Positions 23,628-37,824 of a stretch of 64,000 nucleotides of DNA are shown in pieces (position 1 is the stretch's first letter; every line of letters begins with the position of its first letter). This DNA comes from the human T2T-CHM13v2.0 reference genome, Homo sapiens. A program made the translations under genes and the position numbers. The notes under the pieces are model-generated. The model was not told the origin of the DNA, ran no database searches, and was given only the letters and a program-made list of their open reading frames with translations. The DNA lies in NCBI RefSeq assembly GCF_009914755.1, contig NC_060930.1; one strand, written 5' to 3'.

Positions 23628-24878
23628 TTTGTTATATATTTATAAAATAGAAATTACTTTGTATTACTTTGTATATTTACTTAGTGATATCATTTTCACA
23701 GGATGGGAAGAGTGATTATTAGACTGCAGAATGCCTGTATCCCAGAAACGTCTCTAAAGTTCCAAGTGCATTACTACTCACAAAAACCATCTCAGGGTTT
23801 GGAGATGAGGAAACAGAGATCAGAGACTCTGAGCAACTTCCCACCCTCACAGAGCCATTACCATCATCCAGGGAGGGAGTTTGTATTTGAATACTACTCT
23901 GCCTTCAAAATGCTATCAATTCCGTTACTCCAATATTTTTTAAAAACTTCAAATGTATATGTGGCTTTTTCCCTGATCATCTTTCTTTTCTTTCTTCTTA
24001 AAGGATGATTTGTACTGCTGAGTAATCTAAAAGAAAGATTGAGATATCTATAACAGAGCCTCTGGAATAACGTCAATTTTTTGTATCAAAATAATGTTGG
24101 TTTTCTAATGCTTAAAAGCTAAATATTTGAACAGCCGCCAGGGTATTTCAACTAAAATCAAACCACAACCTTCAGGTAGTTATGAGGCAGGGAACACATC
24201 ATTAGGTAAATCTTTATAATCATCTGAATTGGTAGCAACTGAAAAATGCCTGTATAGTTTTCCTTGTGTAAGGGGACCTTGCTGTGTCTAACAGAATGTA
24301 CTTTGATACTTAGCAATTCTTTAATTTTAGGTGGGAAAAAATACTTATGGATAACTCATATTTAAGGTAATATATTTAAAATAATATTTGAGGTGTATTT
24401 TTAAATATTTCACATATATTTGAAATAACTCACATTGTGAGATACTTGGTTTGCAAAAGTAATTTTGTAATCACAGGGATAAAATCAGATTTATCACAGT
24501 GTTGCTATAGTGACTACCAGAAATCTATGACTGTGCCTATTTCTGTGTTTGTTATTTCATTATCAGTAAATAGCTAGTATTTGAAGAAGTGTTTATACAG
24601 TAAGTACTATATTCTAAAGATGTGTAATGCTCAGTTGTGTCAGTGTATACATCACTTTTGCATCCACATAATCTGTATACACAAAACCTTCATGTAGGGC
24701 AGAGTGGAGCCTGTATCTCAGACAGCTCAGTAAAGGGCATTATTGTAAAATAAACTGTGAGACCTGACAGTTATATTCTCTTTGTGTCGCTTGTATCTGC
24801 TTTTTAAAAATAATAGCTGCCTCTTTGGTTTTTAAAAATTACATGAATAATATGTAATAGGAAATATTTAAAACCGTG

Positions 24879-25199
<321 letters not shown>

Positions 25200-25239
25200 T
25201 CAAACACTTTCCCCTCCCCTTAAAATAACTGCAGCAACA

Positions 25240-28200
25240 TTTTTGTATTTCAATAGTTTTTGGGGAACAGGTGGTATTTGATTTCATGGATAGGTTTCTT
25301 TAGTGGCAATTTCTGAGGTTTTTGTGCACTCACCACCCAAGCCAGTGTACACTGCACCCAATATGTACTCTTTTATCCCTCACCCATCTCCCACCCTTTC
25401 CCTTGAGACCCCAAAGTCCATTCTGTCATTCTTATACTTTTGTGTCCTCATGGCTTAGCTCCGACTTATGAGTGAGAACATATGACGTTTGGTTATCCGT
25501 TCCTGAGTTACTTCACTTAGAATAATGGTCTCCAAATTGACCCAGGTTGCTGTGAACATTCTTTCATTCCTTTTTATGGCTGTGTATATATATATCTCTC
25601 TCACATTTTTCCTTATCCATTCATTGATTACTTGGCATTTGGGCTGATTCCATATTTTTGCAATTGTGAATTGCTATTAATTCAAGTATCTTTTACGTAT
25701 AATGACTTCTTTTCTCTGGGTAGATACTCAGGAGTGGGATTGCTGGATCAAATGGTAGATCTACTTTTAGTTATTTAAGAAATCTCCACACTGTTTTCCA
25801 TAGTGGTTGTACTAGTTTACAGTCTCACCAGCAGTCTAAAAGTGTTCCTTTTCACCTTATCCACACCAACATCTATTTTTTTCATTTTTTGATTATGGCC
25901 ATTCTTGGAGGAGTAAGGTGGTATCACGTTGTGGTTTTGATTTACATTTCCATGATAATTAGTTATGTGGAGCATTTTTTCATTGGTTGACCATTTGTAT
26001 ATCTTCTTTTGAGAACTGTCTATTCATCTCCTTAGCCCACTTTTTGATGGGACTGTTTGGTTTTTTCCTGCTGATTTGTTTCAGTTACTTGTAGATTCTG
26101 GATATTAGTCCTTCATTGGATACATAGTTTGCAAAGATTTTCTCCCACTCTGTGGGTTGTCTGTTTACTCTGCTGATTATTTCTTTTGCTGTGCAGAAGT
26201 TTTTTAGTTTAATCAAGTCCCATCTGTTTATCTTTGTTTTTGTTGCATTTGCTTTTAGGTTCTTGGTCATGAAGTCTTTGCCTAAGCCAATGTCCAGGAG
26301 GGTTTTTCTGATATTATCTTCTAGAATTTTTATGGTTTCGGATCTTAGATTTAAGTCTTTGATCCATCTTGAGTTGATTTTTGTATAAGGTGAGATATGA
26401 GGATCCAGTTTTATTCTTCTTCATTCCTGTTGGACTAGTCCTTTTATCATATAATGATAAGGGGCATTATCATATAGTGTCCCTCTTTGTCTTTTTTAAA
26501 GTCTGGGTTTTTTTGTTTGTTTTTTTGTTTTGTTTTGTTTTGTTTTGTTTTGTTTTGTTTTGTTTGAGATGGAGTCTCGCTCTGTTGCCCAGGCTGGAGT
26601 GCAGTGGTGCGGTCTTGGCTTACTGCAACCTCCGCCTCCTGAGTTCAAGTGATTCTCTTGCGTCAGACTCCCAGGTAGCTGGGATTACAGGTGCCCGCCA
26701 CAAGGTCTGGCTAATTTTTTGTATTTTTAGTAGAGACGGGGTTTCACAATGTTGGCCAGGCTGGTCTCGAACTCCTGACCTCGTGATCCGCCTGCCTTGG
26801 CCTCCCAAAGCTCTAGGATTACAGGCATGAGCCACTGCACCCAGCCCTAAATTCTGTTTCATCTGAAATAAAAATAGTTACCCCTGCTCCTTCTTTGGTG
26901 TCCATTTGCATGGAACATCTTTTTCCACCCCTTTACCTTATGTGAGTCCTTATGTGTTAGGTGAGTCTCTTGAAGACAACAGATATTTGGTTGGAAAATT
27001 CTTGTCCATTCTGCCATTGTATTTTTTAAGTAGAGCATTTAGGCCATTTACATTCAACATTAGTATTGAGATGTGAGGTATTATTCTATTCATCATACTA
27101 GTTGTTGCCTGAATACCTTGTTTTTTTTTTTCATTGTGTTATTGTTTTATAGGTCCTGTGAGATTTGTGCTTTAAGGAGATTCTATTTTGGTGTATTTCA
27201 AGGATTTGTTTCAAGATTTAGAGCTCCTGTTAGCAGATCTTGTAGTGTTGGCTAGGTAGTGGCAAATTCTCTCAGCATTTGTTTGTCTGAAAAAGACTGT
27301 ATCTTTCCTTCATTTATGAAGCTTAGTTTCACTGGATAAAAAATTCTTGGCTGATAAATATTTGGTTTAAGGAGGCTAAATATTGGACCCGCATCTGTTC
27401 TGGCTTGTAGGGTTTCTGCTGAGAGATCTGCTGTTAATCTGATAGGTTTTCCTTTATAAGTTACCTGGTGCTTTTGCCTCACAGCTCTTAAGATTCTTTC
27501 CTTTGTCCTGACTTTAGATAACCTGATGACTATGTACCAAGGCAATGATCTTTTTGCAGTGAATTTCCCAGGTGTCCTTTTAGCTTCTTGTATTTGGATG
27601 TCTAAATTTCTAGCAAGGCCAGGGAAGTTTTCATTGATTATTCCTTCAAACATGTTTTCCAAACTTTTAGATTTCTCTTCCTCAGGAACACCAATCATTC
27701 TTAGGTTTGGTCATTTAACATAATCTCAACCTTCTTGGAGGCTTTCTTCTTTTTTTGTTCTCTTTTCTTTGTCTTTGTTGGATTGGGTTAATTTGAAAAC
27801 CTTGTCTTCAAGCTCTGAAATTCTGTCTTCTGCTTGTTTGATTCTGTTGTTGAGACTTTCTAGTGTATTTTGCATTTCTTTAAGTGTGTCCTTCATTTCC
27901 AGAAGTTGTGATTGCTTATTATTTATGCTATGTATTTCTCTGGAAATGTTTTCATCCATATTCTCTAACTTTTTTTAAATTTTCTTTAAGTCGGTATTCA
28001 CCTTTCTGTGGTGCCTCCTTGAATAGCTTAATAAGTGACCTTCTGAATTCTTCTTCTGGCAATTCAGAGATTTCTTCTTGGTTTGGATCCATTGCTGGTG
28101 AGCTAGTGTGATCTTTGGGGGTGTTAAAGAACCTTGTTTTGTCATATTACCAGAATTGTTTTTCTGGTTCCTTCTCATTTAGGTAGACTATGTCAGAGGG

Positions 28201-29628
28201 AAGATCTGGGACTCAAGAGCTGTTGTTCAGATTCTTTTGTCCCATAGGGTGCTCCCTTGATGTGGTGTTCTCCCTCCTTCCTCTAGGGATGGGGCTTCCT
28301 GAGAGCCAATCTGCACTGATTGTTGTTTCTCTTCTGGGTCTAGCTACCCAGCAGAGTTACCAGGCTCCGGGCTGGTACTGGGGAACATCCGTAAAGAGTA
28401 CTGTGTCTGTCTTTAGGTCTCTCAGCCATGAATATCAGCATCTGCTCCAGTGGAGGTAGCAGGGGAGTGAAGTGGACTCTGTGAGAGTCCTTGGTTGTAG
28501 TTTTGTTTAGTGTGTTGCCTTAGTGTTGGTTGACCTCCAGCCAAGAGGTGGCACTTTTAAGAGAGCATCAGCTGCAGTAGTGTAGGGAGGATAAAGCTTG
28601 CCCTAAAGTTGCCTGGATAAGTATTGAGGTTTCTCAGGTGGTGGGCGGGGCCACAGAGCTCCCAAGAGATTATGACCTTTGTCTTTGGCTACCAGGGTGG
28701 GTAGAGAAAGACCATCATGTTGGGCAGGGCTAGGCATGTCTGAGCTCAGACTCTTCTCGGGCTGCTGTGGGGGTTGGGTTGTGGTTCTCAGGCTGATGGA
28801 GTTATGTTTCCAGTGGGGTTATGGCTGCCTCTACTGCATCATGCAGGTCTCCCGGGGAGTGGGGAAAAGCTGGTAGTGACAGGCCTCACCCAGCTTCCAC
28901 GCAGCCAGCAAGGCCATTCTCACTCCAACTGTGTCCCCTCGACAGCACCAAGTTTATTCCCAGGCAGCCAGTGAGCAGGGCTGAGATCTTGCCCCAGGCT
29001 ACAAGCCTCCCCACTGAGAAAGCAAGCAGGGCTTTCAGGTTTCAACCCTCCACACCTGCCATGGCTTCTGTGCTCCTATCTGCACTCCCAGATTTCCTCC
29101 TCCCCCCCGATTCTGTCCAGGAAACTTTGTGTTTGGTCAAAATAGTTACAAAGTTTAGCTGGAAGTTTCCTTCTCCCTGTGGTCCCAGTTCCACTGGCAG
29201 CCCTTCCCAAGGACCCCTGTGAGACAAAGTCAGAAATGGCTTCCCTGGGGACCAAGAGTGCCCACAAGGCTCTTCCCACTGCTTCCTCTACCCCTATATT
29301 TCACTTGGCTCTCTAAATTCATCTCAGCTCCAGGTAAGGTCAAATCCTTCTCCCATGATATGGCCCTTCAGGTTCCCCAGTGAGGATGTACATTTGGGGG
29401 CAGACATTTCCTCTTTCACACTTTGGACACTCACAGTTTTTCAGCTGTCTTACGGAGCCTGCAGTGGCAGGCTGCTTCCTTCAGAGGATCTGTGGATTCT
29501 CTTGGCTTTCCTGGTATGTTCCTACGGTAGTTCTTGGAGCAAAAGTTCACAGTGTGAGTCCCCACACACTGCTCTGTCTGTCCAAGTGGGAGCTGCAAGT
29601 TAGTCTTGCCTCCATCTGCCATTTCTCT
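25240..29628 (-). mobile_element. L1PB-type LINE-1 with both ends present and most of ORF2 deleted
   Basis: L1PB1-like 3' end at 25240; ORF2 C-terminal remnant to ~26420; ORF2 N-terminal/ORF1 remnants 26425-28180 (VTYKGKPIRLTADLSAETLQAR); L1PBa-like 5' UTR to ~29628. Confidence 0.9.
26508..26846 (-). mobile_element. Alu (AluSc-like) with (TTTTG)n tail, inside L1
   Basis: Alu dimer with pentanucleotide tail. Confidence 0.9.
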
Positions 29629-30687
29629 TGATCTTGCCACATTGTATTATACCTACTTCAATACTTTCTCCTTGCAAAAATAGACTTATCCTACATGAGC
29701 TGCTTGGTATCTTGCTTTTTTCACTAAAGAATACAACATCTCCCCATATAAATAAATCTGCTTCCACAGTACCATTCTTAATGAACTGTCTGTTCATGTC
29801 TGTTCTTGTCTCTCCTATTACGGTCTCTCTTAATATTGATTAGTCTCTCCCATTGTGTTTCTAAGGGTTCCCATAGTTAATGATAGTCAAAAACGTATGT
29901 TTCCATTTCTGTTTTGAGAATAGGTGAAAAGTAAAATAATTTGAACATTTCCCCCATCAAAGCAGAAGGGAGCAGAAGCTGCTATTCTCACTTTGCCCAA
30001 TTACCCCTTTCCATTGTTTTTGTTCCTGATCAGGGCTCTTAGCTCAAAGACAACGAACGCAAACGAACACTGAAGCTTGATGCAACCAGTTTTGCAAATT
30101 CACCTCCAGACTCTTCTCCTGTTCAGGAAGTTGAATTCATCTCATGACAATTTTAGTTCAGCACACTGAGACTTCAAGTATGCTTGATTTTTAGAAGTCC
30201 ATGTGATAAAGAGAAAAAAAATGAGTGTTATTTATATATATCCGAGATGGCTTTTCATTGATAGGAATAAAGACTAGCCACATTTTCAAAGTGTTATTGG
30301 CAGAGAAGTGTTTGCAGATAAGGGTCTGAAACTTTTTCTCTTGTCATTTATAAACAATAAGTGAGTCATGAAAATCAAATGATTGGCTATTTTTAAGCAC
30401 AAAATGAAATCATTCTAAACATCCAGGTCATGAAAGCAGTAATTCACTTCCTGGTAACTTCCAGTAATTAATATATAAACTTTCTCTCTATATTAATGCA
30501 GTTCAATCTCTAAGCCAAACACAACGTATCATCGAAAAATGTATATGACAACAATTTATGCTTTTTCTTGCTTAATTTAAAATAAACAGCAATGCTCGTT
30601 TGTTAAATGAGAGAAAGACTGTACAGAGGTTATCACTTAACTGACCTCCACTTACCAGTTTGCTCGATCAGCCTATGCCAGTGGATC

Positions 30688-31926
30688 TCTTTTTTTTTTT
30701 CTTAATTTTTAAGTTCAGGGGTAGGTACACATGTAGGTTTGTTACATAGGTAAGCTTGTGTCATGGGGGTTTGTTGTACAGATTATTTCATTACCCAGGT
30801 ATTAAGCTTATTACCCATTAGTTATTTTTCTGGATCCTCTACCTTTTCCCAGTCTCTGCCCTCCAGTAGGCCCCAATGTCTGTTGTTCCCCTCTGTGTGT
30901 CCATGTGTTCTCATCATTTAGCTCCCACTTATAAGTAAGAACATGCAGTATTTGGTTTTCTGTTCATGCATTAGTTTGCTCAGGATAATGGCCTTCAGTT
31001 CCATCCATGTTCCCGCAAAGGACAGTATCTCATTCCTTTTTATGGCTGCATAATATTCAATGGTGTATATGTACCACGTTTTTTTAATCCAGTCTATCAT
31101 TGATGGGCATTTGGGTTGATTCCATGTCTTTGCTATTGTGAATAGTGATACAATGAACATATGTGTGCGTGTGTCTTTATAATAGTATGATTTATATTCC
31201 TTTGAGTATAACCCAGTAATGGAATTGCTGGGTCAAATGGTCTCTAGGTGTTTGGAATCACCACACCATCTTCCACAATGGTGGAACTAATTATACTCCC
31301 ACCAACAGTGTAAAAGTGTTTCTTTTTCTCCAAAACTTCACTAGCATCTGTTTTTTGCTGTTTGTTTGTTTTTACTTTTTAATAATAGTCATTCTCACTG
31401 GTGTGAGATGGTATTTCATGTTGGTTTGGATTTGCATTTCTCTAGTGATCAGTGATGTTGAGCTTTTTTTTCATATGATTGTTGGCTGCATGTACGTCTT
31501 CTTTTGAAAACTGTCTGTTCATGTATTTTGCCCACTTTTTAATGGGGTTGCTTGTGTTCTTCTTATAAAGTTGTTTGCATTCCTTACAGATGCTGGATAT
31601 TAGACCTTTGTCAGATGTATAGTTTGCAAAAATTTTCTTCCATTCTATAGGTTGCCTGTTTACTCTGTTGCTAGTTTATCTTGCCATGCAGAAACTGTTT
31701 GGTTTAATTAGGTCTCATTTGTTAATTTTTGATTTAGCAGCAATTGCTTTTGGCAGCTTCATCATGAAATCTTTGCCCGTGCCTGTGTCCAGAATGGTAT
31801 TACCTAGGTTGTCTTAAAGGGTTTTTATAGTTTTGGTTTTTTTACATTTAAGTCTTTAATCCGTGTTGAGTTAATTTTTGTATATAGTGTAAGGAAGGGG
31901 TCTAGTTTTAATCTTTTGCATATGTG
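30688..31926 (-). mobile_element. 5'-truncated L1PA (older subfamily), ~1.2 kb
   Basis: L1 3' UTR and ORF2 C-terminal remnant; 17-bp TSD gcctatgccagt(g/t)gatc at 30671-30687 and 31927-31943. Confidence 0.93.
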
Positions 31927-31934
31927 GCCTATGC

Positions 31935-32426
<492 letters not shown>

Positions 32427-32635
32427 TAGTCTGTAAACACACTGAGCAATGCCCACAATAAGATGCACATTCCAGACTAGGAGACAACTTTCCAGCACGC
32501 CTGAGTATACCCTGTCCACAAGAGTCAAGTGGAATACTTACCAAGAGCCACTAACAACTATTCTAAGGCCTATTAATGCTATTTTTACCAGCTGTTATAT
32601 TTAATTTTGAATAGCTTCTTTTACAATGGAGTTAG

Positions 32636-32981
<346 letters not shown>

Positions 32982-33210
32982 CTACACTCACATCATACTG
33001 TAAATTTCCAAACTTCATCCTCTAATTTAAGGTGACTAAAATTATAACTATAGGTAATACATTATGGATATGGTTTATATTATACAAGAATTGTAATCAT
33101 ACATTGATGTCACATCAAAGTGTTTTCAAATGAAAGTATATATAAATGTTTTAAGTTAAAATATTTAAGATTTATATACATTGTTTCTTAAGACTCCTTA
33201 ATCAACTTTT

Positions 33211-34147
33211 ATTAGGAAAAACCAAAGTGCTTTTCCTACTCTCATGCACTCAATACAACACAGAACACTTCAACGCTGGTCACCAAAATGGGTGAGGTTT
33301 TCTCTCCACCAACAATCAAGCAGGTCTCTAGCAGACACCAGCTGTGTGTTCTCTAATCCAATTCAATTAGGACACAATCTACCTGGAGAAAGCGTCAGAT
33401 CCCACAGGCTAAGGGCTCAGTCCCACAAGACTGCCTCCCACTTCAGCTGCCAATCACAAGCAGTAGGTTGTTAAGTATTCCCAACCTTCTGGCTATAAAT
33501 CAGGGATCCCACAGCCCCCTTCTCAGGTTCAATTAATTTGCTAGAGTGGCTCACAAAATACAGGGAAACACTTTCCTTACATTTACCCATTTATTATAAA
33601 GGAAATTACAAAGGCTACAGATGAATAGCCAGATGGAAGAGATGCATAGGGCAAGGTGTGAAAGAAAGGTCCCAAGGGCAGGAGCTTCTGTCCCTGTGGA
33701 GTTGGTGGAGGGCCATGCTCACAGCATAGGGATGTGTTTGCCAACCCAGAAGCTCTCTGAACCTCATAGTTGAGGGATTTTTATGGCACTGTCCTCACAC
33801 AGGCATGACGGATTATTAATTCCATTTCCAGCCCTTCTCCCCTCTCCAGAGAATAAGAGACGGTGCTGAAAGCTCCAAGCTTCTCATCCTGGCTTGGTCT
33901 ATCTGGTGACCAGCCCCCAGCCAGGAGCCCATCAAGAGTCACCTCATTAGGACAAAAGACACTGCTATCACCCAGGAAATCTCAACAGATGGAAGACCAC
34001 TCTGTCAGAAACTGGGGCAGAGACCAAACATTAGAACAAAAGATTTTCCTAGCACCCCATCACTCAGGAAATTACAAGGGTTTTAGAAGCTGTGTGCCCA
34101 GGACTGGGAGCAGAGACCAACATGTATATAGCTTACTATTTCATAAC
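33211..34147 (-). mobile_element. MER21-family solo LTR
   Basis: Characteristic tcagatcccacaggctaagggctcagtcccacaagactgcc and caagggttttagaagctgtgtgccagga. Confidence 0.85.
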
Positions 34148-34225
34148 TATTTGTATTAACTAATAACTTCTCAAACCCAATTGCAGCTATTGTATTTTAA
34201 GGAAACTTTATAACACAATCTTTAA

Positions 34226-34553
<328 letters not shown>

Positions 34554-34583
34554 AAAAATATTTTTATTGAATAATCCGTTCTT

Positions 34584-34882
34584 GGCCGGGCACTGTGGCT
34601 CACACCCGTAATCCCAGCACTTTGGGAGGCCGAGGCAGGTGGATCACTTGAGGTCAGGAGTTCGAGCCCAGCTAGGCTAACATGACGAAACCCCATCTCT
34701 ACTAATAATACAAAAATTAGCCGGGCATTGTGGCACGCCCCTATAGTCCCAGCTACTCAGGAGGCTGAGACACGAGAATCGCTTGAACCCAGGAGGCGGG
34801 AGTTGCAGTGAGCCAAGATTGCATCATTGCGCTCCAGCCTGGGAGACAGAGTGAGACTCTGTCTGAAAAAAGAAAAGAAAAA
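34584..34882 (+). mobile_element. Alu (AluS-type)
   Basis: Alu dimer with A-rich tail. Confidence 0.92.
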
Positions 34883-34890
34883 CCGTTTGG

Positions 34891-35116
34891 TGGTCTGCAA
34901 ACAGTTGCTAGAAAAACTAACATCTCCAGCACAACACAATGTACAGCAAAGGAAAAAGTAATGTTCTTGGAAGATAGCCTTAGACTATTGGCTTGGTTAA
35001 ATATTACATTACACAATTGTTAGTAATTTCATTTCATTCAGTCTCATAAAACCTGCTATTTCAGGTATGATATAGGAGCATTGTGGGTTCTACATGGCCA
35101 GCACTCCCTGTCCCCT
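34891..35116 (+). repeat. Local direct duplication, copy 1
   Basis: About 94% identical to 35662-35889 by manual alignment. Confidence 0.95.
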
Positions 35117-35661
35117 GTCGCCATTCAAAATTGGTGATATTTTTAAAACCACTTCAGGGGTTTGCAATTCTAAAAAAGTTAGAAGACATTGCTATTATTT
35201 ATTTAGCTGATCCCTGTTGTTGGAAGTTTATTTATTTTTAATTTATTAGTATTAGGAGTTATTGTAAATAATTCTATTGTCCACATAAATAGGCTGGTTT
35301 ATTAAGTTAGTCTTAAATTTAATCTCACAAGTTAAATAAAATGAAAAATTCCATTTTGGATCTTGTATGTAACATTACAAGGAAGTTGGCAAATGCCAGG
35401 GAATTGCCATTTCCACAGAAATATTGTGACATCCAGCGACTGCTTAATTAGTCCAAACAACTTGGAACCATTTGTTTTAATGTTCCAAGGAGGGTCTGTT
35501 TAGTCCTTTGTCCCTCCAAGCTTGCTAAAATCTGTGCAGCTTGAATGCTGGAAATTTACAAACAAACAAACAAACAAAAGAAACAAACAAGTAATCCCAG
35601 TTGCAGCTGATATAGAGAAATTCATTTTGACTTGCGTCCTCAGTCCAAGGTGAACAATTGC

Positions 35662-35889
35662 TGGTCTGCAAACAGCTGCTAGAAAAACTAACATCTCTAG
35701 CACAACACAATGTACAGCAAAGGAAAAAAGTAACGTTGTTGGAAGATGGCCTTGGACTATTGGCTTGGTTAAATATTACATTACACAATTGTTGGTAATT
35801 TCATTTCATTCAGTCTCATAAAAACCTGCTATTTCAGGTATGATATAGGATCATTGTGGGTTCTGCATGGCCAGCACACGCTGTCCCCT
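35662..35889 (+). repeat. Local direct duplication, copy 2
   Basis: About 94% identical to 34891-35116 by manual alignment. Confidence 0.95.
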
Positions 35890-36399
35890 CAGACAAGGGT
35901 GAGGACAGTAGGGAGAGGAAGAAAAGCTTGGGCTGTCAATGAGGGACACCAGGACCCTTGAGGTACCCTCTGAAATCTAACAATCAATCAACTTGAGCCC
36001 TTCCAGAGTTGGCTGCCAATTAACTGTTTTCCCCTATCCCCACATCATCTCAACAAGATCAGTGAATATTTTCAATACATTTTTGTCTTCTTCTTCCCAT
36101 GGTCTGAAGTCAAAGTTTGGGAATGATTTTAGTTACCACTTCTTCACTCCAGTTCCTAGTTTTTCTGAGATAATTTAGTATTTTTGTTTTCAAATTGTTA
36201 AATTACCTATAAAGTATGCCGTTTTATTTCTAGAGTCTATATTTGCACTTATATTACAGATTCATTGACAGTCTACCCTTAGTCATTTAGGTAGATAGAT
36301 AGATATGAATAGATGATGAATATAAGTATCTCAAGTTTCATTGCTCATGCTCATTTCTTCTCATCTTCTTACACTATCATAATGTCTGCTTGGATTTGC

Positions 36400-37150
36400 T
36401 TGTAGTTTGGTTAGAGTATGTGCTCAAGAAAATCCCTCATTTGGGAACACTTAGGTTTATAATCTCTGAATTCTTATATACTCTCAAATTTCTTTCATTA
36501 CCACATGAGATGTGATATCTTGGCTGGGTATAGAATTGTGGCTTTCATTTCTTATCTCTCAGAAGTCTACAGCTCTCAGAAGTCTGCAGATTCAATTCCA
36601 CTAGCTTCTGTCTTTGCATGTGATGGAATGTAACAATGCCAGTCAGAATCTTTTTCTTTGAGAAGTGATTTTTCCTTTTTGCCTAAAGATTTTATGATTT
36701 TCTCTTTATTTTTTTTTATTCAGGAATTCTATTGGGATTTGCCTGGATATGAGTCTTTTCTCATCGATGTGGCCTGGAAATCAGTATACTGTTTCTGTCT
36801 ACAGGCCACCAATATCGATTCAACTTTTCTTTTATTATTTTTTAAAGGACTGCCTCTTTTCCTTCAGAAGCTTTATTATAGAATTAGACTTTCAGGCCTA
36901 TTCTCCAAGTTTCATCATCTCTCTTGATATACTTTTTTTCCCCTCAGGTCATTGGGATATTTTTTGGACTTGCTCTTCCTGGCAACTAAGTTGTGTCTTG
37001 ACAGCACATTTCTCTTCTACTTATTTTTGACATTGCTTAATTGGAAAATTATGATTTTTAACTTCAGAAATTCTGTTCTGTGCTGCCAGTGACCCTCCTT
37101 ATTTGATCTTTTTTTCCTCACTAAATTGTTGTCTGTCTCCTCCAGCAGCT
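36400..37150 (-). mobile_element. Highly diverged L1M ORF1-region fragment
   Basis: ttggctgggtatagaatt...; T-rich composition typical of antisense L1. Confidence 0.5.
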
Positions 37151-37824
37151 TCATTCTATTGATTATATATTCTGTTTGTTATAACTGATCATCCTGCCTT
37201 TGACTGCTGAATGTCATTAGGTGGGATTTGTTGTTGCTGTTCAATGTTTGGGCAGAGAGGTCTTAGCTGGCCCATTTAGCTGCTTCTTGCCTTCCTAGAA
37301 GCCCAGTAACCAGGCCCATTTGTCAGGGCAGGTAGTGATTTTCCCCAGGGGCTCCTTTTGTTTCTGAATACTACCTTCTTCCCAATATCCACCATTGTCA
37401 GTCCTGAGCTCCCTGAAACTCGTCTCCAGGCACTCATATAACCCCTGGGAGAGAAAGTCCTATGCTGGTTCAATTAAACCTAGGATGTTGCTTTCATCCA
37501 GCTTTCTATAGACCTCAGCAGCTTTTTGGCTCAAGAGATCCATATGGATTGGACGTGGGAGTAAAGGAGAGGAGAGGGCCACATTCAGATAGATGGCTAC
37601 ATCCCCCAAACGCTTCTGCTTTCTCTGAGAGGACTTAAAAATACTCTTCTATTCATCGTTTAATAAGAGAAAAACTGTAACCTATGAATTATCTTGGATT
37701 TTTCCATATCTGAATGACTGTATTGGTTTTTTTCCTCCAACCTATTGATGGAATGAATTGTATCAGCATTTTTGCTGATACAGAACAATACTGCCACTCC
37801 TGGAATAAACCCCAACCAAGTCAT

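Noticed and set aside
24446-24466. MADE1/mariner TIR-like ttggtttgcaaaagtaatt
   Set aside because: No partner inverted end; too short to call.
26410-26430. Spliced-L1 explanation for the internal deletion
   Set aside because: The sense junction (caacaggaa-tga-agaagaat) does not fall at a GT donor in the L1 sequence as I recall it.
34891-35889. Direct repeats as LTRs of a mini-retroelement or a CRISPR-like array
   Set aside because: Only two copies; no TG/CA termini, PBS, PPT, TSD or repeat-spacer periodicity.
36556-36589. 16-bp tandem duplication ctctcagaagtct(a/g)cag
   Set aside because: Common micro-duplication inside an old L1.
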